DNA of 64,000 nt, taken from the NCBI GenBank assembly GCA_041651115.1, contig JBAZJY010000001.1:517165-581164 (forward strand), given 5' to 3'. This DNA is from Candidatus Omnitrophota bacterium (GTDB lineage: Bacteria; Omnitrophota; Gorgyraeia; Gygaellales; Profunditerraquicolaceae). This document shows, in pieces, positions 57,176-64,000 of this stretch. Every line of letters starts with the position of its first letter. Positions within the stretch are counted from its first letter, which is position 1. The translations under genes and the position numbers were made by a program. A model generated the notes under the pieces. The model ran no database searches, was not told the origin of the DNA, and saw only the letters and a list, made by a program, of their open reading frames with translations.

Positions 57176-58468
57176 CTATTTGAGCGCTTCGTGGATGCCT
57201 TCGGACAGGCTGGGGTGGGCAAAGATCGTATCGCGGATCTGCGATACGGATAATTTATTGGAAACTGCCAGGCCGGCAATCGCAATGAGCTCTGCCGCGG
57301 AAGGCCCGAGTATTGCGCAGCCAAGCACTACTCCGGATTTTGCCTCTGAAATAAATTTAATGAAACCGTCTGCTTCATCCATAATCCTTGCCATGCCGGA
57401 AGCCATAAAATCAAATTTATGCAGCTTCACTTCAATACCCTTGGCAATTGCTTCTTCTTCACTCATTCCCACGCTTGCTGCCTGGGGATCGGTAAAAATG
57501 CAGCTGGGCACGACCTGGTTATCGCACTTTTTTGGCTTGGCAGAATCTGCGATGTTCTCTGCCGCAATAACTCCTTGGTAAGCGGCATAATGCGCAAGCA
57601 TTAACTTTCCTGTGCAGTCTCCGGCGGCGTAAATATTAGGAATATTTGTCCTAAGATATTCATCAACGACGATCTTTCCTTTTTCAGTTACTACACCGAT
57701 AGATTCTAAGCCTAACCCTTGCGTATCCACTGCCCTGCCCACGGCAAGCAGCACCAAATCATAATTATTAAAATCCGCGGGCTGCGCCTCGGCATTAGTG
57801 CTTACCTTGATGCCTTTCTTTTTAAAAGATTGCTCAAGCTTGCGGCTAATGTCTTTATCCATTCCCGGCAAAAGCTGGGGCATTTTTTCAATCACTGTAA
57901 CCGTTATGCCAAGGCCGGCAAATAAGCCGGCGAATTCACAGCCAATCACCCCGCCGCCAATAATAAGAAGTGTCTTAGGAAGTTCCCTTAACTGCAGGAT
58001 CTCGTCGCTGGAAATAACTTTCTTACCATCAAGCTTGATCTGGCGTAATTCTGCCGGCGTTGAGCCACAGGCAATAAGAATAAATTTCGCGGACAGCTCT
58101 TTGCCGCCTGCTTTTACGGAATTCGCGGAAATGAGTTTTGCTTCGGCGTTGATGAAATCCACGCCCTTAAGCATAAATGCCATGCCTGCTGAAAGCTGCT
58201 GAATAATTTTATCTTTTCTGGATTGGATTTCGGGAAAATTTATTGCGGGGTTTGTAACTTCTATACCGAAGGTTTTTGATTTTTTTGCCAGGGAGTAAAC
58301 TTTGGCTGACTGGATAAGCGCCTTGGTGGGGATACAGCCGCGGTTAAGGCAGGTGCCGCCGATTTGGCTGTTCTCAATTACGGCAACTTTCAGGCCGGAG
58401 TCTTTGGCTTTTAAAGCCGCGTTAAACCCTGCCCATCCACTGCCGATGATGATCAAATCGTAATTCAT
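57176..58468 (-). CDS. lpdA: dihydrolipoyl dehydrogenase
   Basis: FAD motif GSGWAG, redox-active disulfide GGTCLNRGCIPTK, NAD motif GGGVIGCE, C-terminal HAHP-like region. Confidence 0.8.
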   Translation of the reverse strand: MNYDLIIIGSGWAGFNAALKAKDSGLKVAVIENSQIGGTCLNRGCIPTKALIQSAKVYSLAKKSKTFGIEVTNPAINFPEIQSRKDKIIQQLSAGMAFMLKGVDFINAEAKLISANSVKAGGKELSAKFILIACGSTPAELRQIKLDGKKVISSDEILQLRELPKTLLIIGGGVIGCEFAGLFAGLGITVTVIEKMPQLLPGMDKDISRKLEQSFKKKGIKVSTNAEAQPADFNNYDLVLLAVGRAVDTQGLGLESIGVVTEKGKIVVDEYLRTNIPNIYAAGDCTGKLMLAHYAAYQGVIAAENIADSAKPKKCDNQVVPSCIFTDPQAASVGMSEEEAIAKGIEVKLHKFDFMASGMARIMDEADGFIKFISEAKSGVVLGCAILGPSAAELIAIAGLAVSNKLSVSQIRDTIFAHPSLSEGIHEALK

Positions 58469-59382
58469 TTGATCTCTTTATACTGTTCCTTTAATTTAGC
58501 TGCGCAAGCCTGCAGGCTGCTAAGTTCCTCTGTATTCAATTCCAATTCAATTACTTTTTCAATGCCGCTCTTGCCTAATTTGCAGGGTGAACCTATGCAA
58601 ACGTCTTTAATGCCGTATTCGCCGTTTAAGTAAGCGGAAACCCCGACTACGCGGCTATGGCCCCTGGCAATGATACCGGCCAGCTCTGCGATCGCTGCCG
58701 AAGGCGCGAAATAAGCGCTGCCTGAACCAAGTAAAGAAACGATCTCTTTGCCCCGGTCAAAAGTACGAGCGGCCAATTCACGGGCCTTATCACTACCCAC
58801 GATCTTATCAAGGCTTGAGCCTTTTACTTTTGTAAAGCGAGTTAAAGGCATCATACCTTCGCCATGGCTGCCGATCACACAAGGCTCTATCTCGGTTACC
58901 GGAATATTGAGTTCATTGCTAATGAGATTAGCAAAGCGCGAAGCATCCAGTGTAATACCCATGCCAAATACTTTACTTGGGGCAAAACCCGTAACCTGCA
59001 AGGCAAGCCGGGTCATTAAATCAAGGGGATTGGTGACGATGATTACGATTGCCTGCGGACTAAGCGATTTTATATTTAAGCAAACGTCTTTTAGGATCTG
59101 CGCGTTCTTATTCAGCAGGTCCTCGCGCGTCATTCCAGGCTTGCGCGCCAAGCCTGCGGTAACGATCACGATATCAGAACCGCTGATCCCATTAATATCA
59201 TCTGTGCCGGTAATGTTAAAGTCGGACTTTAACAATAGCCGGCTATCGTCCATATCAAAGGCCTTACCTTGCGCAATACCCTTGGCAATATCCACCAAAA
59301 AAATATCGCCTAACCCATCCTGGGCAAGGCGCATTGCAGTTAAACCGCCGACATTACCAGCTCCGATAACGGATATTTTCAT
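58465..59382 (-). CDS. mdh: malate dehydrogenase (LDH-like MDH)
   Basis: [13 protein letters not shown] Rossmann motif, catalytic TNPLD and GSHGE regions. Confidence 0.8.
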   Translation of the reverse strand: MKISVIGAGNVGGLTAMRLAQDGLGDIFLVDIAKGIAQGKAFDMDDSRLLLKSDFNITGTDDINGISGSDIVIVTAGLARKPGMTREDLLNKNAQILKDVCLNIKSLSPQAIVIIVTNPLDLMTRLALQVTGFAPSKVFGMGITLDASRFANLISNELNIPVTEIEPCVIGSHGEGMMPLTRFTKVKGSSLDKIVGSDKARELAARTFDRGKEIVSLLGSGSAYFAPSAAIAELAGIIARGHSRVVGVSAYLNGEYGIKDVCIGSPCKLGKSGIEKVIELELNTEELSSLQACAAKLKEQYKEIK

Positions 59383-60443
59383 TTTAATTTTGCAATAATT
59401 GCGTCTGCCATTTCCGCAGTACCCACGCTTGAGGGGTCGTCGCGACGCGGCTTTAAGTCATAAGTCACGGACTTGCCTTCGGCAATCACCTGCTTGACTG
59501 CGGTTTCCAGCCGATTAGCAGCTTCTTTTTCCCCGATATGCTCAAGCATCAATACTCCGGATAAGATCATTGCCGTAGGATTGACTTTATTCATACCGGC
59601 ATACTTTGGCGCTGAACCATGCACTGCCTCAAATACTGCCATTTCATTGCCGATATTGGCGCCGGGAGCAATGCCTAATCCGCCGATCAGGCCGGCGCAA
59701 AGATCGGAAATAATATCGCCGTAAAGGTTAGGCAGTACCAGGACATCGTAATTCTCCGGACGCTGCACTAATTGCATTGACATATTATCCACGATCGCGT
59801 CTTCAAAGGCAACCCTTCCGGTATATTCTTGAGCAACTTCCTTTGCGACTTTCAGAAATAGCCCGTCGGTAAATTTCATAATGTTTGCTTTATGCACGGC
59901 AGTGACTTTTTTACGGTTATGCTTTAAGGCATATTCAAAGGCAAACTTAACGATGCGTTCGGAAGCAGTCCTTGAGATTGGTTTGATGGAAATGCCGGAA
60001 TCCGGACGGATCTTTTTTTTATTGTATTTGGCGATCTCTTGGATCAAGTGCTCGGTTTCCGGCTTGCCCTCTTCAAATTCAATACCGGCGTAAAGGTCTT
60101 CGCTGTTCTCCCTGATAATCACCAGGTCAATATTCTTGTAGTGGCTCTTTACTCCTGCGTATGATTTAGCCGGCCTGACGCAAGCATATAAGTCTAATGC
60201 CTGCCGGATCGCCACGTTAACCGAACGGAAGCCACTGCCGACAGGCGTCGTTATCGGGCCTTTTAGCGCGACTTTTGTCTTTTTTACGCTCTCAAGGGTG
60301 GTACCTGGAAGGACGTCCCCGTATTTTTCGAGCACCTCTTCCCATTCAATCTTCACGCCGGTAGCGTCAATGCAGCGCTTTGCTGCCAACGCCACTTCAG
60401 GGCCAATGCCGTCTCCCGGTATTAAAGTGATCTTATAAGCCAT
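59379..60443 (-). CDS. isocitrate/isopropylmalate dehydrogenase-family enzyme (Icd-like)
   Basis: [45 protein letters not shown] motifs; most similar in pattern to prokaryotic IDH. Confidence 0.75.
   Translation of the reverse strand: MAYKITLIPGDGIGPEVALAAKRCIDATGVKIEWEEVLEKYGDVLPGTTLESVKKTKVALKGPITTPVGSGFRSVNVAIRQALDLYACVRPAKSYAGVKSHYKNIDLVIIRENSEDLYAGIEFEEGKPETEHLIQEIAKYNKKKIRPDSGISIKPISRTASERIVKFAFEYALKHNRKKVTAVHKANIMKFTDGLFLKVAKEVAQEYTGRVAFEDAIVDNMSMQLVQRPENYDVLVLPNLYGDIISDLCAGLIGGLGIAPGANIGNEMAVFEAVHGSAPKYAGMNKVNPTAMILSGVLMLEHIGEKEAANRLETAVKQVIAEGKSVTYDLKPRRDDPSSVGTAEMADAIIAKLK
60295..60320. repeat. REP-like 26-mer identical to the RAYT flank, located inside the icd/leuB-like CDS in frame
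   Basis: AGGGTGGTACCTGGAAGGACGTCCCC, 26/26 identity with 57148-57173; encodes GDVLPGTTL. Confidence 0.8.
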
Positions 60444-60444
60444 T

Positions 60445-60945
60445 TTAGACTTTCAGTTGTCCGTGCTTTTTAAAATAATGCACTACCCCGCCTTCCTGCA
60501 ATAGTGCCTGCATGAACGGCGGCAAAGGCTTGACCTTTAATTCTATTCCTTTGGTGATATTTCTCAATATGCCGTTATCAAGATCGATCTCCAGCTCATC
60601 ATTCTCGGCAATCTTATCAGTATCCACTTCTACCAGCGGCAAGCCGATGTTAAAGGCATTGCGGTAAAAAATGCGGGCAAAGCTTTTTGCCAGCACTGCC
60701 ACAATGCCGGATTCCTTGATTACCAGCGGCGCCTGCTCGCGGGAAGAGCCCATGCCAAAGTTAGAGCCGGCAACAAGCAACGATCTTCCGGCAATGATCT
60801 TTTTGGGGAACTCCGGGTCAATATCTTCCATTATGTGCTTTGCCAGTTCCTTCATATCCGTAATGGAGAACTTATAACGCCCGGAGATAATGAAATCCGT
60901 ATTAATGTTATCGCCTAATCTGATTGACTTGCCCGCTATCTTCAT
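60445..60945 (-). CDS. leuD: 3-isopropylmalate dehydratase / aconitase-family small subunit
   Basis: 166 aa archaeal-type LeuD with [14 protein letters not shown] motif. Confidence 0.75.
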   Translation of the reverse strand: MKIAGKSIRLGDNINTDFIISGRYKFSITDMKELAKHIMEDIDPEFPKKIIAGRSLLVAGSNFGMGSSREQAPLVIKESGIVAVLAKSFARIFYRNAFNIGLPLVEVDTDKIAENDELEIDLDNGILRNITKGIELKVKPLPPFMQALLQEGGVVHYFKKHGQLKV

Positions 60946-60954
60946 CGCTTTAAG

Positions 60955-62001
60955 TTATAACTGTTTGAACTCGTCGGTATTTTTAACTTTTGACATTGCC
61001 ACGTCTAAAGTTATCTGCTTCTGGTTATAAAGATCCTTTAATGACTTATCCATTGTCTTCATTCCGTATTGGCTGCCGGTTTGCATGATCGTGGGGATCT
61101 GCTCAATCTCCTGCTCGCGGATAAGGTTGCGGATGGCAGGCGTGCCGATCATAATTTCCGTAGCCAAGACCCGGCCTTGGCCTGACGCGTGCGGCAGGAG
61201 CAGCTGCGATACAACCCCCTGAAGGCAGTCTGCAAGCTGAAGCTTAACCTGCTGCTGCTGGTGCGAAGGGAATACGTCAATGATCCTTTCAATAGTCTGC
61301 GGCGCGTCCGGAGTGTGCAGCGTGGCAAGCACCAAGTGGCCGGTTTCCGCCGCGGTAAGCGTAGTGGAAATAGTCTCTAAGTCACGCATTTCACCGACTA
61401 CAATAACGTTAGGGTCCTGGCGCAGCGCGTGCCTCAACGCTTCGGCAAATGAGCGCGTATCGGCGTAAACTTCTCTTTGCTTGATAATACTCTTTTTATT
61501 CTTATGCACGAATTCAATCGGGTCTTCAATGGAAACCATCAAACATTCCCGTTCGTTGTTTATCTGGTCTATCATTGCCGCCAAAGTCGTGGTCTTACCC
61601 ATACCTGTAGGGCCGGTAACCAATACTAATCCGTTGCCGCGGCGGGCAAGCTCCGTGATTATCGGCGGCAAGTTAAGGTCTTTTGCCGTAGGCACGTTAA
61701 GCGGCACGCGCCTGAATGCCGCTTCCACAGCGCCTTTCTGCATATGGGTATTCACCCTGAATCTGTCCATACCGGGAAGCGCAAGAGAAAAATCCAGTTC
61801 CAGGTCGCGCTCAAATATCTCTTTCTGCGGATTAGTCAGGACGCTGTAAATAATGCGTTTTAGATCCAATTTTGTCATTGGGGGAAAAGCAGTGCGCATC
61901 AGCTTTCCGTCAATGCGCAAAATAGGAGGTTCGTTTTCCGTAAGGTGCAGATCCGAGGCTTTTTTGTCAATGCACATCGTCAATAACTCGCTTAGTTCCA
62001 T
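60955..62001 (-). CDS. pilT: type IV pilus retraction ATPase PilT
   Basis: ASDLHL, Walker A GPTGMGKTTT, Asp box, His box; 348 aa. Confidence 0.85.
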   Translation of the reverse strand: MELSELLTMCIDKKASDLHLTENEPPILRIDGKLMRTAFPPMTKLDLKRIIYSVLTNPQKEIFERDLELDFSLALPGMDRFRVNTHMQKGAVEAAFRRVPLNVPTAKDLNLPPIITELARRGNGLVLVTGPTGMGKTTTLAAMIDQINNERECLMVSIEDPIEFVHKNKKSIIKQREVYADTRSFAEALRHALRQDPNVIVVGEMRDLETISTTLTAAETGHLVLATLHTPDAPQTIERIIDVFPSHQQQQVKLQLADCLQGVVSQLLLPHASGQGRVLATEIMIGTPAIRNLIREQEIEQIPTIMQTGSQYGMKTMDKSLKDLYNQKQITLDVAMSKVKNTDEFKQL

Positions 62002-62016
62002 ACTACCTCCTTAAGG

Positions 62017-63270
62017 TTATAGATATTTCCTCGGGTCGGTAATTTTTCCTTCAATGCTGGAAGCAGCCACAGTTGCCGGAGACGCCAGATAAATAAAAGC
62101 ATTGGGATTACCCATCCTGCCCTTAAAATTCCTGTTGGCGGTAGAGATCACGTTTTCTCCGTCGGCAGGAATGCCGTTATGCGTGCCGACGCATGGGCCG
62201 CAGCCGGGCGCGACAATTACCGCGCCTGACCTGATAAATGTATCAACGATACCCGCCTCAAGCGCCGCAAGATAGATCGGCCTTGATGCCGGGGCAATAA
62301 TAAATCTTACCGAGGGATGCACTTTCCTGCCCTTCATAATGGAGGCGGCAACCTTAAGGTCGCTTAGCCTGCCGTTAGTGCAGGTGCCCAGGTACGCTTC
62401 GTTTATCTTAACGTCTTTTAAGCCGGAAGCCGCGGCAGTATTGTCTACGGTATGCGGCTTGGCAACCTGCGGCTTAAGCCACGAAATATCGTATTCAATC
62501 ACCCGTTCATATTTTGCGTCTTTATCCGCGGATACGGCAGCGATCTTTTTTTGCGGCCGGATACTTTCTTTGATCCATGCAACGGTAATTTTATCTACCG
62601 GCATAAAACCGGCTTTCGCGCCCATCTCAACTGCCATATTACACATTGTAAAACGGCCGTCCATATTCATCCTGTCAATTACCGGGCCGCAAAATTCAAC
62701 CGCCTTATATGTGGCGCCGTCTGCCTTCAAGTCTCCGATTATGTAAAGGATAATATCTTTGGCAAAAATCCCTTTAGGCACTTTTCCCTTAATTACTATC
62801 TTAAAGGTTTCCGGGACCTTAAACCAGTTTTTCCCCGAGGCAAGCGCGATCGCCAGGTCTGTTGAGCCAACGCCGGTGGAAAAAACACCCATTGCCCCGT
62901 ATGTACAAGTGTGCGAATCTGCCCCGAGCACCAGGTCGCCGGGCATGATCTCGCCGGATTCAGGGATCACCTGATGGCAAACCCCGCAGCCAATGTCAAA
63001 AAGCCCTGTCCTGTAATCCTGCGAAAATACCCGCATTTTCTTATGGACTTTAGAAACCCCTTCACTTGGCGAAGGCGCGCTGTGGTCAATGACCATGCAG
63101 AACCTTGTCTTAAAGCCTTCCAGGCCCATTTCCTTGACGCGGTCAATGATGATCGAAGAAGTGCCGTCCTGGCCAAACGCAAAATCAATGTTACATACGG
63201 CAAAATCTCCGGCCCTTAAATCCCTCCCGCAGTGATTGCTGAGTATTTTTTCGGCTATTGTTTTACCCAT
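62017..63270 (-). CDS. leuC: 3-isopropylmalate dehydratase / aconitase-family large subunit
   Basis: 417 aa archaeal-type LeuC; Fe-S ligand motifs (GCGVCH, CTNGR). Confidence 0.8.
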   Translation of the reverse strand: MGKTIAEKILSNHCGRDLRAGDFAVCNIDFAFGQDGTSSIIIDRVKEMGLEGFKTRFCMVIDHSAPSPSEGVSKVHKKMRVFSQDYRTGLFDIGCGVCHQVIPESGEIMPGDLVLGADSHTCTYGAMGVFSTGVGSTDLAIALASGKNWFKVPETFKIVIKGKVPKGIFAKDIILYIIGDLKADGATYKAVEFCGPVIDRMNMDGRFTMCNMAVEMGAKAGFMPVDKITVAWIKESIRPQKKIAAVSADKDAKYERVIEYDISWLKPQVAKPHTVDNTAAASGLKDVKINEAYLGTCTNGRLSDLKVAASIMKGRKVHPSVRFIIAPASRPIYLAALEAGIVDTFIRSGAVIVAPGCGPCVGTHNGIPADGENVISTANRNFKGRMGNPNAFIYLASPATVAASSIEGKITDPRKYL

Positions 63271-63272
63271 AT

Positions 63273-63307
63273 TAGGTGTTAGGTCTTAGGTGCTGGGTGT
63301 TAGGTGA
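63273..63307. repeat. array of five tandem TAGGTNN heptamers abutting the leuC start codon
   Basis: taggtgt taggtct taggtgc tgggtgt taggtga, same orientation as 51984-52018. Confidence 0.85.
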
Positions 63308-64000
63308 CTATTTGTTTAGCCATGCCTCAATTCTGCTCAAGCCTTTATCAAGCTCTTCAATACTTGCGGCAAAGCTGATACGGATATAATCGTCCCTGCC
63401 GAATGCCGCCCCGGGGATTACCGCTACCAGTTTTTCAGAGAGCAGCCGGTCGGCAAAAACAAGAGAATCAAGTTTTGTTTTGGAAATGTTACAAAAAATA
63501 TAAAACGCGCCCTCGGGCTTGACCACGCTGATCCTTTTGATCTTCGCCAGTTTTTCCAGGCAAAAATCCCTTCTCTTCTGGAATTCCGCAGCCATCTCTT
63601 TTACAAAGCCTTCTCCGGAAGCAAGCGCTGCCACTGCCGCTTTTTGGGCAATGGAAGCGGGATTAGAAGTGGAATGGTCCTGCAGTTTTGCGACCGCATC
63701 CACGATATCCTGCGGCCCGGCAAAATAGCCGATGCGCCAGCCGGTCATAGAATAGCTTTTTGACATGCCGTTTACGGTAAGCGCCAGGTCGTAAATATCC
63801 TTGTCAAAGCCGGCGATAGAAACGTGCTTCAGGCCGTCAAAAATGATCTTTTCGTATATTTCGTCGCTGATCACGAATATCTTTTTTGCGACGCAGATCG
63901 CGGCGATCTCCCTAAGCTCTTCTTCGATGTAAACTGTCCCGCAGGGGTTGGAAGGGCTGTTTAAGATCAATACTTTAGTCTTGGCGGTAATATGCTTATA
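63308..64000 (-). CDS. class I/II pyridoxal-phosphate aminotransferase (aspartate-aminotransferase-like), C-terminal part; N-terminus lies outside the window
   Basis: NPCGTVY, SKSYSMTGWRIGY (PLP-lysine motif), C-terminal domain; the ORF runs off the window end. Confidence 0.7.
   Translation of the reverse strand, partial: YKHITAKTKVLILNSPSNPCGTVYIEEELREIAAICVAKKIFVISDEIYEKIIFDGLKHVSIAGFDKDIYDLALTVNGMSKSYSMTGWRIGYFAGPQDIVDAVAKLQDHSTSNPASIAQKAAVAALASGEGFVKEMAAEFQKRRDFCLEKLAKIKRISVVKPEGAFYIFCNISKTKLDSLVFADRLLSEKLVAVIPGAAFGRDDYIRISFAASIEELDKGLSRIEAWLNK

Noticed and set aside
60295-60320. Interpretation of the in-gene REP copy as a simple 9-aa insertion into the dehydrogenase
   Set aside because: A mental alignment to E. 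coli and B. subtilis Icd shows no length gain at this position. The segment replaces, or is, the native G-x-x-LP-x-ETL motif, so it is reported as an identity or overwrite instead.
59379-60443. Calling the beta-decarboxylating dehydrogenase strictly leuB because of its leuD/leuC neighbours
   Set aside because: Motif pattern ([31 protein letters not shown]) is closer to prokaryotic isocitrate dehydrogenase. It was left as Icd/LeuB-family without a symbol.
1-64000. tRNA or rRNA genes
   Set aside because: No cloverleaf-like T-arm (GTTCRANYC) or anticodon-stem candidates were seen in the intergenic regions, and there were no rRNA-like conserved stretches.

Overview
This 64-kb window reads like a bacterial accessory region. 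Strong purine-rich Shine-Dalgarno sites, a sigma-54 factor gene and PEP-CTERM genes are all present.

Gene content by position:
- Positions 1-8.2 kb: housekeeping genes on the + strand. These include an aroB 3' end, a PilZ / zinc-ribbon / PilZ operon, a radical-SAM plus acyl-CoA ligase cluster, nrnA and gpmA.
- 8.6-14.8 kb: a regulatory block. It holds a DUF134 gene, rpoN, an NtrC-family sigma-54 activator, a GAF histidine kinase, a TPR protein and a membrane protein.
- 15-44.3 kb: a continuous minus-strand exosortase / PEP-CTERM exopolysaccharide locus of about 29 kb. It encodes five tandem PEP-CTERM proteins, EpsI, an exosortase, a WecA-like priming transferase, more than ten glycosyltransferases, an O-antigen-ligase-like protein, a Wzx flippase, an epimerase, a tyrosine autokinase, an ExeA-like ATPase, a chain-length determinant and a Wza-like exporter.
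- 44.3-46 kb: a small islet of toxin-antitoxin modules. One is a BrnA antitoxin next to a decayed BrnT; the other is a Doc toxin with an excisionase-type HTH partner.
- 46-52 kb: cstA, followed by a glycogen-related minus-strand operon. Its central gene fuses a ParA/MinD ATPase to a C-terminal CBM48 glycogen-binding domain and sits next to a GH57 enzyme.
- 52-57 kb: a four-helix-bundle (23S-IVS-type) gene flanked by inverted TAGGTNN heptamer arrays, a porin, an AbiEi/AbiEii pair, a lipoyl-domain protein with lipB, and an IS200-like RAYT transposase flanked by inverted REP-like 26-mers.
- 57-64 kb: lpdA, mdh, an icd/leuB-like gene, leuD, pilT, leuC and a partial aminotransferase.

Findings that stand out:
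- A superfamily of GTAG/TAGGGAC palindromic repeats occurs throughout the window. Copies sit in frame inside coding sequences, including two identical decapeptide-encoding copies in an alkaline-phosphatase-GT4 fusion gene. Other copies overlap gene termini, flank rpoN and flank the RAYT.
- The ParA-CBM48 / GH57 operon is a candidate glycogen-granule positioning system that I do not recognise as described.
- TAGGTNN heptamer arrays occur at three loci and abut start codons that lack a Shine-Dalgarno site.

No rRNA, tRNA or CRISPR array was found.
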